DNA from: Octopus bimaculoides
Lineage: Eukaryota
Length of the DNA stretch: 61,332 bases
NCBI RefSeq assembly: GCF_001194135.2
Contig: NC_069000.1
Span: forward strand, 13,192,268-13,253,599
Direction of reading: 5' to 3'
Shown: positions 27,801 to 42,765 of the stretch, piece after piece
Layout of the letters: each line of letters starts with the position of its first letter
How positions within the stretch are numbered: the first letter of the stretch is position 1
Position numbers and translations under genes: made by a program
Notes under the pieces: generated by a model
Seen by the model: only the letters and a program-made list of their open reading frames with translations
What the model was told of the DNA's origin: nothing
The model's database searches: none

Positions 27801-28630
27801 TTGAAGTAATTAGTTTCAATAAAACAACAATCACTGTGGAAATGAAAAATATACCAAACTGAATGTTAAGAAGTAGCTGCTGTGTTAGATTCATAACAGC
27901 GATAAAATTAATCCAAATCGTGCTACAAGCACTGCGTTGAATCATGGTTTGCCTGATATTCAAGCGTAATAAAATGAACCAAAGTCAATACTTATTCCAA
28001 CAGTAACATCAACGCTATTATCATTAACATTACCAACAGTAATGTGCTATAAGAACAATTATCTTTATGAACTAAACAATACAGTAAACACCGGTTCGTT
28101 GTGGGATTGTGTGTTCTATTAAAATTACCTACTCTAGATTATTGTGTTGGAACTTCTTACTCCATGTACGGATCTATATTTTTTACTCCCTCTCCAAAAT
28201 AAAAATTCACTACAGCTATTTATTACAGTTTTTTTCTTTCAGAATTATTTTTTGTCTTTTTTTTTTTATTTCTTCTTCGGTAGCCAAATTATTTCATTGT
28301 AAAAGATATTAAAAAAAAATATATGAATTTACTGAACAGAAAGCCCATATATTGATTATTTTCTTGTAATTGTCAATACAGTTTTAAATCGTCTTCCTTT
28401 TTGTTCCTTATAAATATATATATTATATTTTTTTTTAGGTTGGTATTTTTTCCAGTGTTAAATTCAATTTGCTACGTATGTTCATCTGCATAGAGTTATA
28501 AAGCAATTATCAAGATTTTATATGTGTGCCCAGTGTGTTTTTATTTGTATACATATTGTTAATTTTTATCATCTTCACAAGTCATCATGATGGTTATAAT
28601 TACCACCATTTTTAACAATATTATCATTAC

Positions 28631-28666
<36 letters not shown>

Positions 28667-28689
28667 CATCATTATTATTATTATTATCA

Positions 28690-28720
<31 letters not shown>

Positions 28721-28722
28721 TT

Positions 28723-28938
28723 AAGACGGCGAGCAGGCAGAATCGTTAGCACGCCGGACAAAATGCTTAGCAGTATTTCGCCCGCCGCTACGTTCTGAGT
28801 TCAAATTCCACCGAGGTCAACTTTGCCTTTCATCCTTTCGGGGTCGATAAATTAAGCACCAGTGAAACACTGGGGGTCGATGTAATCGACTTGTCCCCTC
28901 CCCACAAATTTGAGGCCCTGTGCCTCCGGTAGAAATTA
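28723..28938 (+). mobile_element. SINE family B, full length, embedded in (ATT)n
   Basis: Collinear with 42471-42686. Confidence 0.9.
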
Positions 28939-29733
28939 TTATTGTCATCGTTATCATTATTATTGTTAATATTATTTTCAAATAATATTCTGTTTTTTAC
29001 CAGTATCATCATCATTACCATTTTTATTATTATCATCATCATCATTATCATGTTTATCATGACTATTATTATGATTATTTTTTTTTCTATTTTTATTATA
29101 ATAAAAATCTGTCTTAAATAGCAGCAGCAGCAACAACTATAACAACAACAACAACAACAATAGTGACCGCAGCAACAACAGCAGCACAAATTGGCTGCAT
29201 GATATAGCAGCGGCACTGTACTGTACAAGTTGCCCAGACTTCTATGCGATGATAAATGAATGACTAAAAATTTAATCAACGACTTTATAAAACACTCACG
29301 TGCAATTAAGCCAATATCCACATACACACACACATACACACGCACACACACACACACACGCACACACACGCACACACACACATACACGAATACAAACAGT
29401 GATTCCCTTGCATACGCAAACACCCATCCATCCACACACACAAATAGCATACAAACGTTGGCAATTACTGAACTGCATGGTGATACGCATTAAGCACAAT
29501 CAAAATTGCTAATGCTAACTACAACACACACTGAAATAAATTAAATGAAACTATTGCTTACACTCGCACACACTCGTAAAGACATAATCATACACATACA
29601 CACAAACACTCACACACGAGCGCGCACATGCATGCACACACTAAGCACGCGCATGGAAATACACTGCTAAAGAGAATAATTGACACTAGAGAAACCATCA
29701 TGCAATCATACACACCTAATGTGTATGTATGTA

Positions 29734-29776
<43 letters not shown>

Positions 29777-29827
29777 CATATGAGTGTGTGTATGTGTATA
29801 CACGAAACAGTTAGATATATAACACGA

Positions 29828-29864
<37 letters not shown>

Positions 29865-30681
29865 AATGTGCATACGTGCATTCATGCATACATATATTAT
29901 ATACACGTGCATACACTCACAAACGCACATGAACAAACATGTACCGATATGCTCATACATACAGCTATCAGACATTATATCCAGATTTAATTTATAAATC
30001 TTTCACACTCTCCCCCTTTCTCACTCTTTCTAAGTACATACATACCTACATATATATATATATAACCAATATTTACACGTAATACATATATATGTATATA
30101 TATTTATATATATATATATATATATATATNNNNNNNNNNNNNNNNNNNNNNNNNNNNNNNNNNNNNNNNNNNNNNNNNNNNNNNNNNNNNNNNNNNNNNN
30201 NNNNNNNNNNNNNNNNNNNNNNNNNNNNNNNNNNNNNNNNNNNNNNNNNNNNNNNNNNNNNNNNNNNNNNNNNNNNNNNNNNNNNNNNNNNNNNNNNNNN
30301 NNNNNNNNNNNNNNNNNNNNNNNNNNNNNNNNNNNNNNNNNNNNNNNNNNNNNNNNNNNNNNNNNNNNNNNNNNNNNNNNNNNNNNNNNNNNNNNNNNNN
30401 NNNNNNNNNNNNNNNNNNNNNNNNNNNNNNNNNNNNNNNNNNNNNNNNNNNNNNNNNNNNNNNNNNNNATATATATAACAGGTATTTTCAGTCGTAAATT
30501 TAAAGGTATATTATTTACCTGAAATAATCTCCCTCGACACACTAGTACATTGAATTTGCTCATGCATGCACAAGACTGCACACACAACACCGACCTCCTA
30601 CAAACAAATTCAAAAATTTGTGAACTCAAGCTCTCACCCATAACACAGATATAAACATTTACAAATTTTGTAAAATCTCAG

Positions 30682-30712
<31 letters not shown>

Positions 30713-32875
30713 TTCATACACGAAAAGATGGACACATCTTCAGTTTGACAGTATTAAAATACATACACGCACACACAAACACACTCAAATGCTAATACAC
30801 AAAATACACAGACATTCTGATATTTTAATAGAATCCTGTAATAAAGATGATGATTCGACAATTATTATAATTTCTGGTGTGAAATTCGTTTTTCTTTCAA
30901 TATCCAACCGTTTTGTTACTGCATATATTTACATTACACCTAACACACATCCATCTTGTTATGCTTCGTTGTTTTCGTCATACTCCGGTCCTTCACACTA
31001 ATGAACACGTAAGCATTCATAAAGTCTAATTCTGCGTGTATGTGTGTATATGTGTGTGTTCGTGTGTGTGTGATACATGTATGTTCATATGTTTGCATGT
31101 ATGTTATATGCGTATGTTCATATGTATGCCCAAACTATTGTTTTAGAAACTCTAGTCACTTGATGATTGCACGGAGATGGCGTCAGAATTATCACCAATA
31201 AGATTTGTGACATTAAATAATATATTATTACTTAAAGCATAGGATTACATTCTCCTAAGTGTAAATTGTTTGTTGTGTGCGTATGTAAATATGCTTGTAT
31301 ATTTGATGCCTGAATTGTGTGTGTGTGTTTGCGTGCGTGGGGGGGGGGCACCATCTGACTAGAAATAAAACTTCACATCTTCAAGGACTTCTTGAAGGCT
31401 TTGGATGACAAATTGTCGCAGCAATTTTTCCAAAAAAATCTGCACACTAATGGGATTCTCAGTCGCACATAATGATTTTAAAATGTTATATATATTATTA
31501 AAACTGCTTCTCAAAAATTTGGGGTTTTCTTGAAACAATGTTTATCGAGCTCTGTGACTTTGCGGCACACTGTACACAAAAAATAAATTTCTAGTGAGCT
31601 CTGTATGGGAAATTAAAATTACTGATACTTTTCGCAAATGAAGAATAAGAAAATGGTGCTTTCTTAAAATTAAGAAATGCGGGTAGACTGACTCTGTGAA
31701 CTACAGGAAAGCTGAATGCGTTACTAATCAACTTCATTAATTGTCATATCTAAAAGTTCATTGTGGTAAACCAGAATTCTGTAAGATACGTTCGACAATT
31801 TAGCATAGTCAATGGTATCAAGACGATAGATCTAACTTTCGATAAAATAATTCCCAATTTACGTCTATCAAACACCTGACATGTTCAAATAATCCTAACG
31901 TAAATTTCTACCACAAGTGTATACTAATGCTGTATAATGTTGGTTTCGTAATCATGGTGTGTAAAACAAAATTGTGACCGACACATTTTTCAAGATGTTC
32001 AAGAAGGAGTATGAAATTTAGAAAACCTTAACTAATATTTTTTTAAATAAGTGATGCACCTAGATACAATTCTAGCGCACAGTTTGCTAACTATTGATCA
32101 GTTGCTGGTGCTCTACAAAGTTGATGTAAAATGCGCAATAGAATAATGTTTGCAGAAATGAGAAGCTAAGGGCGGAAGCTATGTTGTTACCTACAGAGAC
32201 CTGAACATACATCCGTTTAAGTGGTTGCTAACATTTCACTTGTCAGCAAACTACAACCTCGCGCTCATAAATATATTTCTCCTCTCTTTGTCTCTTCCAG
32301 CGACATTACAACTGCTTCTACTCTTCTGATTTAGCTTGTTTACACATTCTAACAAGACAAATATTTCCTCCCATTTTCTTGTGTCAACCCTGCTAGATCA
32401 CACTTACATTATCCCACCCTAAACTCTTTTAATCATTCTTCTTAATAAATGCAAGCTTCTGGGATTCTTTCCCTCATCACCTACTTTTTCTTGCAGGCGT
32501 TACTCTACAGATTCTTAAACTGAACCTCATCTACATTATATTCCACCACTATTAGAGGGCATGCAACGTCCAAATTTCCTTTTCCTCTGATTACGTAGCA
32601 ACCAAAACTTCCAGAAGTCAGGCAACAGCGAGAGACTTGACATGACAGAAGACGATTAACTTGGAACAAATTGATAGAGGATTTTACAAGAGTATCTTAT
32701 ATTAATAATATGTGAAACAAATTCGTATTCAGTATGTTTTAATAGACTGGAGGCAATAGATTAATTGGAACACTAACGGGCATCGAAATATTAGAAGGCG
32801 CATAATACGTGCAAATATATAAGATTTCAAAGAAGCAAGATATTGTTGGTGGCATAAATTTCAGGTGTTATTGAA

Positions 32876-32953
32876 GTAAAGAGTATGGAGAGGGGTAAAG
32901 AGTATGGAGAGGAGTAAAGAGTATGGAGAGGAGTAAAGAGTATGGAGAGGAGT
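32876..32953. repeat. Minisatellite, 19-bp unit GTAAAGAGTATGGAGAGGA, 4 copies
   Basis: Direct reading. Confidence 0.95.
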
Positions 32954-33340
32954 CAGTTCAGCTTGCTTTACTTTCATCAGTTTTCTTTCATTTGTCACTC
33001 ACTCGTGTCTCATTTACTGGGTGGTAGTCATACTGGACCACAGACTTCAAAGAATTTTTGTCGATTCTATGTCGACCCCCTGTAAACTGACTTGTATTTA
33101 TCTCATTGTTTTCGTAAGATAAACAATTTAGAGTACAGAACTAAACTCAGTCGAAAATGGATACCAATATACGTGTGTGTGTGTGTGTGCGTGTGTTGTG
33201 AGAGAGAGGGGGAGAGATAGAAAGATAGTGTAACAGACACAAATTTATATATTTACAGACATGTATATAGACAGACAGGCGGACAAACAAACAGAGACAA
33301 CTATATGACAGACAGACAGGCAGGCAGACAGACAGACAGG

Positions 33341-33380
<40 letters not shown>

Positions 33381-33713
33381 CTAACATACAAATAAGGCTG
33401 AATTTCGTTTAACGTTTCCGACCACTAGTGTTCGGTTGTTCGATCAATTGAACTGTCAAGTTCATTACATTCGCGTGTAAAGTGGCTTAGTGTTCTTCAG
33501 ATGCGGAATTAATGTGACAATATGTGACAAGACTGAACCATTAAATTACAGGTACATCCTTCAATACAAATTATTCAATACAAATTTTCTCTTTATATCC
33601 GCTCAACAAGTTTGGGTTATAGAAAATGACACTAATCTAAGGTACCAAGCAGTGGAACCGAAACCGAGACATCTTCGTTACAAAGCGAAATTTTTAGTCA
33701 TTCGGCTATACTG

Positions 33714-33762
<49 letters not shown>

Positions 33763-34649
33763 TCTTCGAAGCAAGTTTGTTAACCATGCAGCTATGGCCG
33801 TGTCTGTTATGGATGCATTTATTTTTATTAACTTCGAGATGGCTAAGAAGGACACCTTCGTTAGACGTTAATGCTCGGGAAGATGCAGAACAATAAAGAA
33901 GCGGCATAGCGTATTTTAGTATACGTCCGAGCCAGTTATCTGATGTGAGAATTTCTAACGTAAAAGGCGATAAAGCACTTGATATGAAAACAATATATGT
34001 ACTAAAGATCAGTTTTCGTTTGAAATAAAATGTCTTTGAACAGCTTTATTACAATTTATTACAGTTTTATCTTGAAAAACGTTCATAAAAGTTTGATGTT
34101 GATCACTTTCTAATAATTGAATTAACATATAGACTTTTACACAGTAAAACCACATATAATAAAAATGTTGTTCTCCTAACATTGTTCTTCGACAATGCTT
34201 AAATAAATATTGTGTAAATTCTCAGAGAATAAGTAAATACATCGACGTTATGTAAATATTCTGATAAATATATAGACGTTTATTTGTATAGTTTTATTTA
34301 ATATGCATACAGTACAGAGCTCGTCTGGTGATGCTTCTCTGTTAATATATTCCATCCTACACAGACCAGATAGAAAAGTGGTTGGATTACTGGACACGAG
34401 ACAACGAGACGGCATTTATATGTTGCTCGATATGTTAGACGTAGCAGGTAAATTTTTTGTCAAACCATTCCCTGCTGTATTAAATAAGACAAGTAAACAT
34501 CAGATAAAATAGTTTTACAAAACCTCCTAAAAGGAATGGATGATCACAGCAGTATCGTACTTAACCATAGCTCGGATCGATCAGGGATGACCTGAGGTTA
34601 AATAAAAAGACTAAATACCTTGAACTGAATTCACAGGAGGGAACACTTC

Positions 34650-34760
34650 AGTGGTCACTCGACCGATTAGAAACAGCAGCCAAATCCACTTCAGTCAAAT
34701 CGTACCGTCTTAAAAATGCTACACAGGATAATGTGGTACAGAGTACATCCTATAAAAATG
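34650..34760 (+). mobile_element. Unclassified interspersed repeat (second copy at about 44695-44770)
   Basis: Shared GAAA(C/T)AGCAGC(C/T)AAAT … ACCGT(C/A)TTAAAAA. Confidence 0.5.
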
Positions 34761-35326
34761 GCAAGATTGTATGGACATAGCTGAACTGTCGTTCATAATG
34801 GGTTTGCTTGATCAATTCTATATTGGAGTAAAGAAAACTACTAAGAGCAGCACCGAATAATTACTACTAACAGCAGCACTTAATAATTATGTGGTTTCAG
34901 AACAAATCAGTCTTCAACTCCTGCAGTTTTCAACTCCTTCAGTCTTCAACTCCTGCAGAGTCAGAAGGGGCGCTGTTGTGGAATACAGTACATTTCTAGA
35001 AGCCCATTCGTTTCTATGTCCAGTCACAGCCGATTATTTTTTTCAGAAAGACAGAGACAGACAGATAAAGAATAAAAGAGGAGATTCAACATCATTTACC
35101 GACCCCGAGAGGTTGAGAGGTAAATATTAAACTCAGAGCGACAGAACCATTAAATGATTCCATTTATCACCAATCAGAACATTATAAACATTCTCATAAA
35201 TAATTGGCTTATGTTAACTCTACCGCTGTGGCAATTTTGTGATTCTTCTGAAATTTTAGCATTGCCGCACATTATTACAATGTCTTTAGAATTGAATCAT
35301 AGCAATATATCGTGGCTATTAATGCG

Positions 35327-35517
35327 ACGAATTGGCAAACTCCTTAGTACGCCGGGAAAAATTGTTATTGTCTTTAAGTTCTGAGTTCAAATTCTACCGA
35401 TGTCGACGTTGCTTTCATCCTTTCGGGGTTGATAAAATAAGTATCGTGTGGTCGATGTAAACGAATAACCCTGTTCCCCCAAATTGCTGGTACTGTGCCA
35501 AAATTTGAAACCAATAT
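35327..35517 (+). mobile_element. SINE family B
   Basis: Core GCTTTCATCCTTTCGGGGTTGATAAAATAAGTA and tail GTGCCAAAATTTGAAAC. Confidence 0.8.
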
Positions 35518-36112
35518 TTCGTAGATATTTATCTTAATCCAAACAAATGTTGTCAGCAAAGGGCATCACTCGAGATTAATTTCTCTAATCTAGTAAGTAC
35601 TACGCTTTCCTCTACCCCAGTTTTAACTCTTAAACATCCGACAAGTTTAAATTAGCGTAAAATTGTGTATTATACAAAACAGATGTGCATAATTCTACTA
35701 CTTTTCAAAACCTACAGTGAGATGGATAAAGTTGTTGAGTTGACACCAGATTTTGGATCTATGATTCAATTTTTGAGCAAAGCCTGCCGCATATCTGAGC
35801 TTAGAACAAGCCTCACCAAGAGTAAAAGTCTAGCTACGAGACTACTTTAATAACACAGAAAAAAACATGGCAAATAACACATAATCTAAACCAGTACCCT
35901 GCAACCTTTTCCCACTAGAATTGAGCTCACCTCGTATTGTAACATTTAGGGTCGACGAAGGGAATTATAACAGTTGTAGATTTTAAAATATTGCTCTTAC
36001 CGTTTGATACAAAAACAATCTCCATATCTTGATCAACTGACCACTTTGTATCGATAACACTGGTTGTCTTACCCTGGCTGTTATACGATTATATAGGTTC
36101 TAACTTTTTACC

Positions 36113-36450
36113 TTTTATCTTTTACATATTTCAGTTATTAGACCGCGGTCATGCTGGAGTAGCGCCTTGAAGAATTTTTAGTCTTATGAATCGACACCAG
36201 TATTTATATCTTTTAAGCTTGGTACTTAGTCTACCGGCCTATTTTGCAGACCCGCTAAGTTACGGGGACGTAAACACGCCAACACCAGTTGTCAAGTGGT
36301 GGTGAAAGACAAACACAGACACATAAACACACATACATACCTATAAACTCTTACATTTATATACAACGGTCTTCTTTCAGTTTCCGTCTATCAAATCCAC
36401 TCACTTTGGTCGGCCTGAGAATATAGCAGAAGACACTTGTTCAAATTGCC
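36113..36450 (-). mobile_element. SINE family A, head-truncated
   Basis: Collinear with 58566-58900. Confidence 0.8.
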
Positions 36451-36833
36451 AGACACAGCCGACTCCGCTCCAACAATTAAATTCACAGTAATATATTGCA
36501 GTTGAAAATTAAGTGAAGATTTACAAATTGCACCAGCACCCATCTCACCAAGCTGCTATCCCGACGAATTCATTCTATTGACAGAAACGAGTCTGACAAT
36601 AGCTAAAGACCGTATTGTGCTTGTTAACATTTTATCAACATTTACATATAATAGTCGACATCTACAAATGATTTCTGTATAATCGACATTTATCGCTGTG
36701 TATAGCAAATTAAATGGTGTGTCCGTCTCCTAAAATCGTTTGTTTATAGTTCACACACACACACATACACACACACACGTACACACATGCATATATGTAT
36801 GTGTGCACATATATATATACATGCATGTATGTA

Positions 36834-36875
<42 letters not shown>

Positions 36876-36896
36876 TACATATGTATGTATGTGTGC

Positions 36897-36958
<62 letters not shown>

Positions 36959-37705
36959 GTTCATGTATGCATGAGTAAATTGTATTTATTCGGTACATTG
37001 TTATGGTATGTATGTCTTTATTGTAAGTAGTCAGTCAGATTCTAAAAATTATCTATCTCGTTGTAGAACAACTATTTAAAGAGATTTTGTATCCAATTTC
37101 TTGCCTGTTGTTTTCATCTATAGTGAATCCGAGATTTTTCTTTACTTCATTTGATTCAATAAATGTTTCTGAATTTAATAGCCTCAGGGACTCTCTTGTC
37201 AACTAAACGAATAAAACAAAATATTTTGCCTGTTGTAATTGATTTGCTATTTTTAACAAGTCTTATCTCTATTATAAATTCTATCATTCAGTTTCTTATT
37301 GTTCATATACCATTTTGCTTTTATAAATCTATTGAATTACCTCTATTTTCACTTTTCCAAGTTTTCCCAACTTCTCCGTCCAACTCTACCAAAGTAAACA
37401 TTCTTGGGAAATTATACTTTGAGCCATGTATTCGTACTTATATTATGAACATATTCAGAATCTCAGAATCAGAAGATTTTCTTTTAAACTACATTAAATA
37501 TTCCAGGAAAGGTTTAAAAGGTTAGCTGTAGGAGAAAGCTAAATGAAAACTTTTACCTGAATAAATTCCCAGTTGCTGAATGCTTGAATAACAAACTATC
37601 AAATCTACAATTATATAAAATGCTAGTATGAGAATTGTTTAACCCTTCCTTAAATACATTGTATGGCAAAGAACTGTAGGAAGCGATCATTTCTGTTGTT
37701 ACTCG

Positions 37706-37748
<43 letters not shown>

Positions 37749-38134
37749 CCTCTCTCTCTCTCTCTCTCTGACGTCCTGAGAATGCTGGACTATCTATAGT
37801 CTATTCACTTTGATCAGAAATCTAAATATGATTCGTTAACCCCACTGAGAAGATTTCTTGCGAACATCAGATATTTCAATCGGAGTCCTAAGTACTAAGA
37901 TTATATTTCCGTGTGTATGTGTGCGTGTGTGCGTGTATGTGTGTGTGTGTGTGTGTGTGTACGTATATGTGTGTGCGTGAGGGTATCCTTGCATATGTGT
38001 ATATGTATGTGCGTATGTCTGCTTGCATGCATGTATGTAAGCCTGTGTGCATACAAGTATGCAAACATAAGTATGTCCATATATGTATATATCTTATACA
38101 TATGTGTGTGTGTACGTATATACACAAACACATA

Positions 38135-38191
<57 letters not shown>

Positions 38192-38776
38192 TGTGAATAT
38201 CGCAAGCACAAGATATACTTTCATAAGGAGATTCAAGACATGGCCTTCAAATGTTAAATACAGTGTTTATTAACAGACACGTATAATCTATCGTATTTTG
38301 GTTATTTCAACAAATATAAGCCATTTACATATATACTGCGTGCCTGGAAGATAATAGTATATGTTTTGAGATTGCATTATCTACTTTCCTATAAGTGTCA
38401 TTACGATGCGAAATTGCAAAAGAATTCGATGCAAAGCCCATTAAATGAATACGCTATTAATCCACATCTCTTCATTGCTAGCAGGCTTTACATTGATTAA
38501 AATTCATATTTTTATTGATAAAAAGATAAGAAGATACGAGACTTTCGGAAATACGTTGCATGGAACCAATATTACCGCGAGCGTTTGTTTTCATAGCTAT
38601 GTCCCTGGACGTCATTACAATAACATGTTGAAGGAAATAATTTAGATAAGAATTTGAGAAAGATTCTCGGCATTCTTTGTACAACAACGGTTCACCCCTT
38701 TGTAAAGAAACAACATCGATCGCACGCCAAAAAAAAATTCCTATATTTCCTGTCTTTCTGATGTTTTTTCGAGTTG

Positions 38777-38816
<40 letters not shown>

Positions 38817-40756
38817 CTAAGACACACCGACTTGAACTTATTGATATATTTCTCAACTGTAAATATATATTCAATAGTTTCCACATCCTGTATGAATATA
38901 GAAATATATGGATCTATCATTCTGGCATTCTATCCCAGTATACCAAATACATTACCCACCTACCGGTGTATTAAATCCTTCAGTAATTTCACGATTTACG
39001 ACACATCATCGCATTCATCGTTAATATTTATATCATTTCATAGTAGTGATAGAATATAATCTTAGGATCAAGTCCATTATATTACCTGTAGCTTTTTTTG
39101 TTTCCATTTTCAATCGACTTCATAGAATGAAAAACAAGCACAAAATCACCAGATTCCAAAAGCACTGATACGAAACTAAATACTACGTTTTTCCAATGAG
39201 CAGAATATCATCTTACAAAAATGATTTAGTAAATTAGCTATTATCTATCACTCACTTTTCTCATGAAAAATCAGCACCTTTTCTAGGATAACACTACAAA
39301 CGTATAATTCTACGTTAAAAGACGTACTGAAATCTATTCAAGAAAATTTGTCCACAAACAATTAAATTTCATCTCAGCTAATTCAATTAACCATTTCGAT
39401 GCTTTTTTTTTTTCTTTTACAGTTGGCACCAATTACGTAAATTCATCACAAGGAAGAACCTCACGGAACCCGTTACAGATCATTCAAGCGCAGACACTTT
39501 CCCATCCAAACCAAGCATTCAACTATTCCTGCCAAATCTACAAATGATTCACCACTTCAATACAATCAATCACAGACAGAAACTCTCTTTAAGAGTCAAA
39601 TTCATCTGCAACAATTACTCGTATGCTCTGTAGCTGATTTTGTAGTTGCTTAATGCTTGTTGTTGGATGAGCCCAATCAATTCCGCTTCAACAGGTCAGT
39701 CATATTGAGGTTGCTTATCGTGCGAAGGAGAACTGGTGATCCAAAACCTGCTTACTGTGGACATCTTGTTTTTTAGATATAGAACAGGTGCACCACCCAT
39801 ATTAATGACGGGAGAGAGAGTTCAAAGACAGACATTTCGCTGTCATAATGAACAAATTGGTCGACCATGTTGCAGCTCCCTCATACTTACTTGGTATGAA
39901 GAATGGACCTTGATGCTAATGGAAAATGTGACGTTCACGCTTTCGAGAATTAGTAAATTTAAATGTTTGTCTTTGGGGATTGATGCTGTGTTTTTTTTTG
40001 TTTTTTGTTTTTTTTTTCTTTTTTTTTCATATTTTATTTTATTTACCTGACACTGTCACAGGGCGAAGAGTAGCACCCATGAAAATATTTTCAGAACTTT
40101 TAAAATTGTTAAAAGGACGGACGGATTAAAGTTACCCTCAAACTGGAGACCCAACTAAAATGCTCAGAACCGATTGCTCCCTGATAAGGGGCTCCCAAAT
40201 ACCTTGTGGCGTGAAAGTGGGAGACAGATTAGTTGTGTTCTAACCAGGAGCATGAATAATGCAACTTACTACCGATAGACGTTTATATACTTAACGTCCC
40301 TAACATCTGCCAAATTTTACCCCATGCACTTTGCCCAAATTTAGGTTATGGTAGAAGTACCACACAGTAAGATTGAAGCGGAAATCGCGTAGATTTGAAG
40401 CGAATTTATTATCTACACGACCATACCTTTTCAGTTTACTAGATACTAGCTTCTACTGTTTAGCAATCACTATAACTATATGGCGTGTGATGTAGACTTG
40501 TCATAGTTATAATAATTGTTGTGTTTATAAGAATTAATATATCTATGGCAATTTTATTTATAACATGCATTGATTTTGTATCGGTTTCCCAGTTGCATCG
40601 ATTTCATTGACATTTACTCTCACATTGCACTTTAGGAAAGATTGTAATTTATTAATCATAGTAAGGAGGGCAAGATCGTTACAATTTTCCACTAAATTAT
40701 TCAAAATGCATGAAGGTTGAAATTTCCTAAAGGTATTTCCTCGCGTTTTGTATAAT

Positions 40757-41192
40757 GAGGCAGCGATTTGGCAGAATCATTAGCGCCTCGGACAAACTGC
40801 TTTGCTACATTTCTTCTAGCTCTTTATGATTTAAGTTCAAATTGTACTGGGGTCAGCTTTGCCTTTCATCTAATCGGGATCGATAAAGTAAAGTACTAGT
40901 TAAGTGCTGGGTCGACGTAATCGGATTTCCCCGAAAGAATATGCTTAAACAAAATAATATTAATACAAGTAATAAAAATTGCGACGAACAGGCGGAATCA
41001 TTAGCACGCCGGACAAAATGTTTAGCGGCATTTCATCCGCCTTTACGTTCTGAGTTCAATTTCTGCCGAAGTCGACTTTACCTTTTATCCTTTCGGAGTC
41101 GATAAAATAAGTAACAGTTTAGAAGCGGGATCGATGTAATCGACTCAGTTCCTTCCTCGAAACTTGGCCTTGAACCAAAATTTGAAACCGAT
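40757..41192 (+). mobile_element. Two tandem SINE family B copies (40757-40932 and 40981-41192)
   Basis: Both have head, B box and core. Confidence 0.8.
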
Positions 41193-41232
41193 GTAAACAA
41201 TAATTTAATTAATCATGGTTCGACATGTTTGT

Positions 41233-41392
41233 TATTTCTTTATTGCCCGCAAGGGGCTAAACATAGAGGGGACAAACAAGGACAGACAAAGGGATTAAGT
41301 CGATTACATTTGAACTCAGAACGTAACGGTAGACGAAATACCGCTAAGCATTTCGTCTGGCGCGCTAGTGTTTCTGCCAGCTCACCGCCTTA
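41233..41392 (-). mobile_element. SINE family B variant with the core deleted, flanked by a 19-bp direct repeat
   Basis: Junction GTCGATTACAT|TTGAACTCAG; CATGGTTCGACATG(T/C)TTGT at 41214-41232 and 41403-41421. Confidence 0.8.
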
Positions 41393-42470
41393 TGCACACA
41401 AACATGGTTCGACATGCTTGTGTGCAAAATGCAAGCGGACAGTACGTTGAACTTGTGATTCTACTTCGTTTCTAATCAAAGCCATTTCACTTCACTTTCA
41501 TCATTAATACATTATGGATTTTATGGACATAACACCTATACTATTTTTTTCACCTCCTAAATGATTAATCGATATAAATTACGGACAATTTCAATCTTCG
41601 ATTTTATTTTGGTTCGCAGTTTTTTGAGTCTTTTGGATTTTTTTTATTTACTTAATCTCCTTTCAGAAGTTGAAATTCACGTAATCTTATTTCTACCCTT
41701 CTTATTTGAGACCTTGCGTCAATGTAAGAAATATACAATCCTATAAATGACAAGGATTATAATGCACCGCTATTCTGTTATGCAAAGTAACCTTTACTTC
41801 TCTTTCAGTCGCAATCCCATGGGAAGTTTATATTGGGCGTCATCCGAGGTATTTAATATCAACCCAGATAAATAACGTTCAGTATGTATTTTAACAATAA
41901 AATCAAAAAAAGTACAAAAACAATAACACAATGTAGTAAAGGTCATTTAATACTATCCGACCAATAATAAGGCAAAACGTATTTCAGTAATTTAATTGAT
42001 TTAGATAAGGTTATTTATGAACATTTCCATGTCATCTGGAATCAACGTTGTTTAACGTTTGATATCGTCGTCTGGGATTTGAAAAGCCATCAAGATTATT
42101 ACTACAGTTTGAAATGGAACATTTTTATGATTGGACGTAACATACTGAATGTATATACAAGGGATTTGAAATTTGTGAGATAGAGAGACAGGGCCGGAGA
42201 GACAGAGCCAGAGAGAGGTTCTTATATAATATGATCACAATATGAGGAATTAACTGTGAAACAAAATGGAGGTTTATGTGCAGTAAATAGTGGGAATGCG
42301 ATCGAAGAAACAGGTAAAGGTCCTTCATCTCAAATGTCTGAACCAACTTTTTAAAGGAAATGTGATAATTCAGTGATAAGAATCTAAAACATTCATACAC
42401 TATTAAAATGTAATAATTGGACGTGGCGGGCGCAGTGCTTATTTTTAATTAAATATCATTTAGTCATACC

Positions 42471-42686
42471 AAGGCGGCGAGCTGGGAGACTCGTTAGCAC
42501 GCCGGGAGAAATGCTGAGCGGCATTTCGTCCGTCTTCACGATCTGAGTTCAAATTCCGCTGAGGTCGACTTTGCCTTTCATCCTTTCGGAGTCGATAAAA
42601 TGAGTACCAGTTGAGTACTGGGGTCGATGTAATCGACTTACCCTACTTCCCCGAAATTGCTGGCCTTGTGCCAAAATTTGAAATCA
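42471..42686 (+). mobile_element. Full-length tRNA-derived SINE, family B (about 215 bp)
   Basis: AAGGCGGCGAGCTGG head, B-box-like GAGTTCAAATTCC, conserved TTTGCCTTTCATCCTTTCGGAGTCGATAAAATGAGTACCAG core; many copies in the window. Confidence 0.9.
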
Positions 42687-42765
42687 TCTTATTTGGTCAT
42701 ATCATATAATTCTGAGTGTACTACTGGAGTTCATCTTGAGATTTCAAACATTTTCTTTAGACGAC

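Noticed and set aside
37163-37525. 120-aa hydrophobic ORF
   Set aside because: Composition reflects T-rich DNA; the opposite strand is interrupted by stops; no domain recognised.
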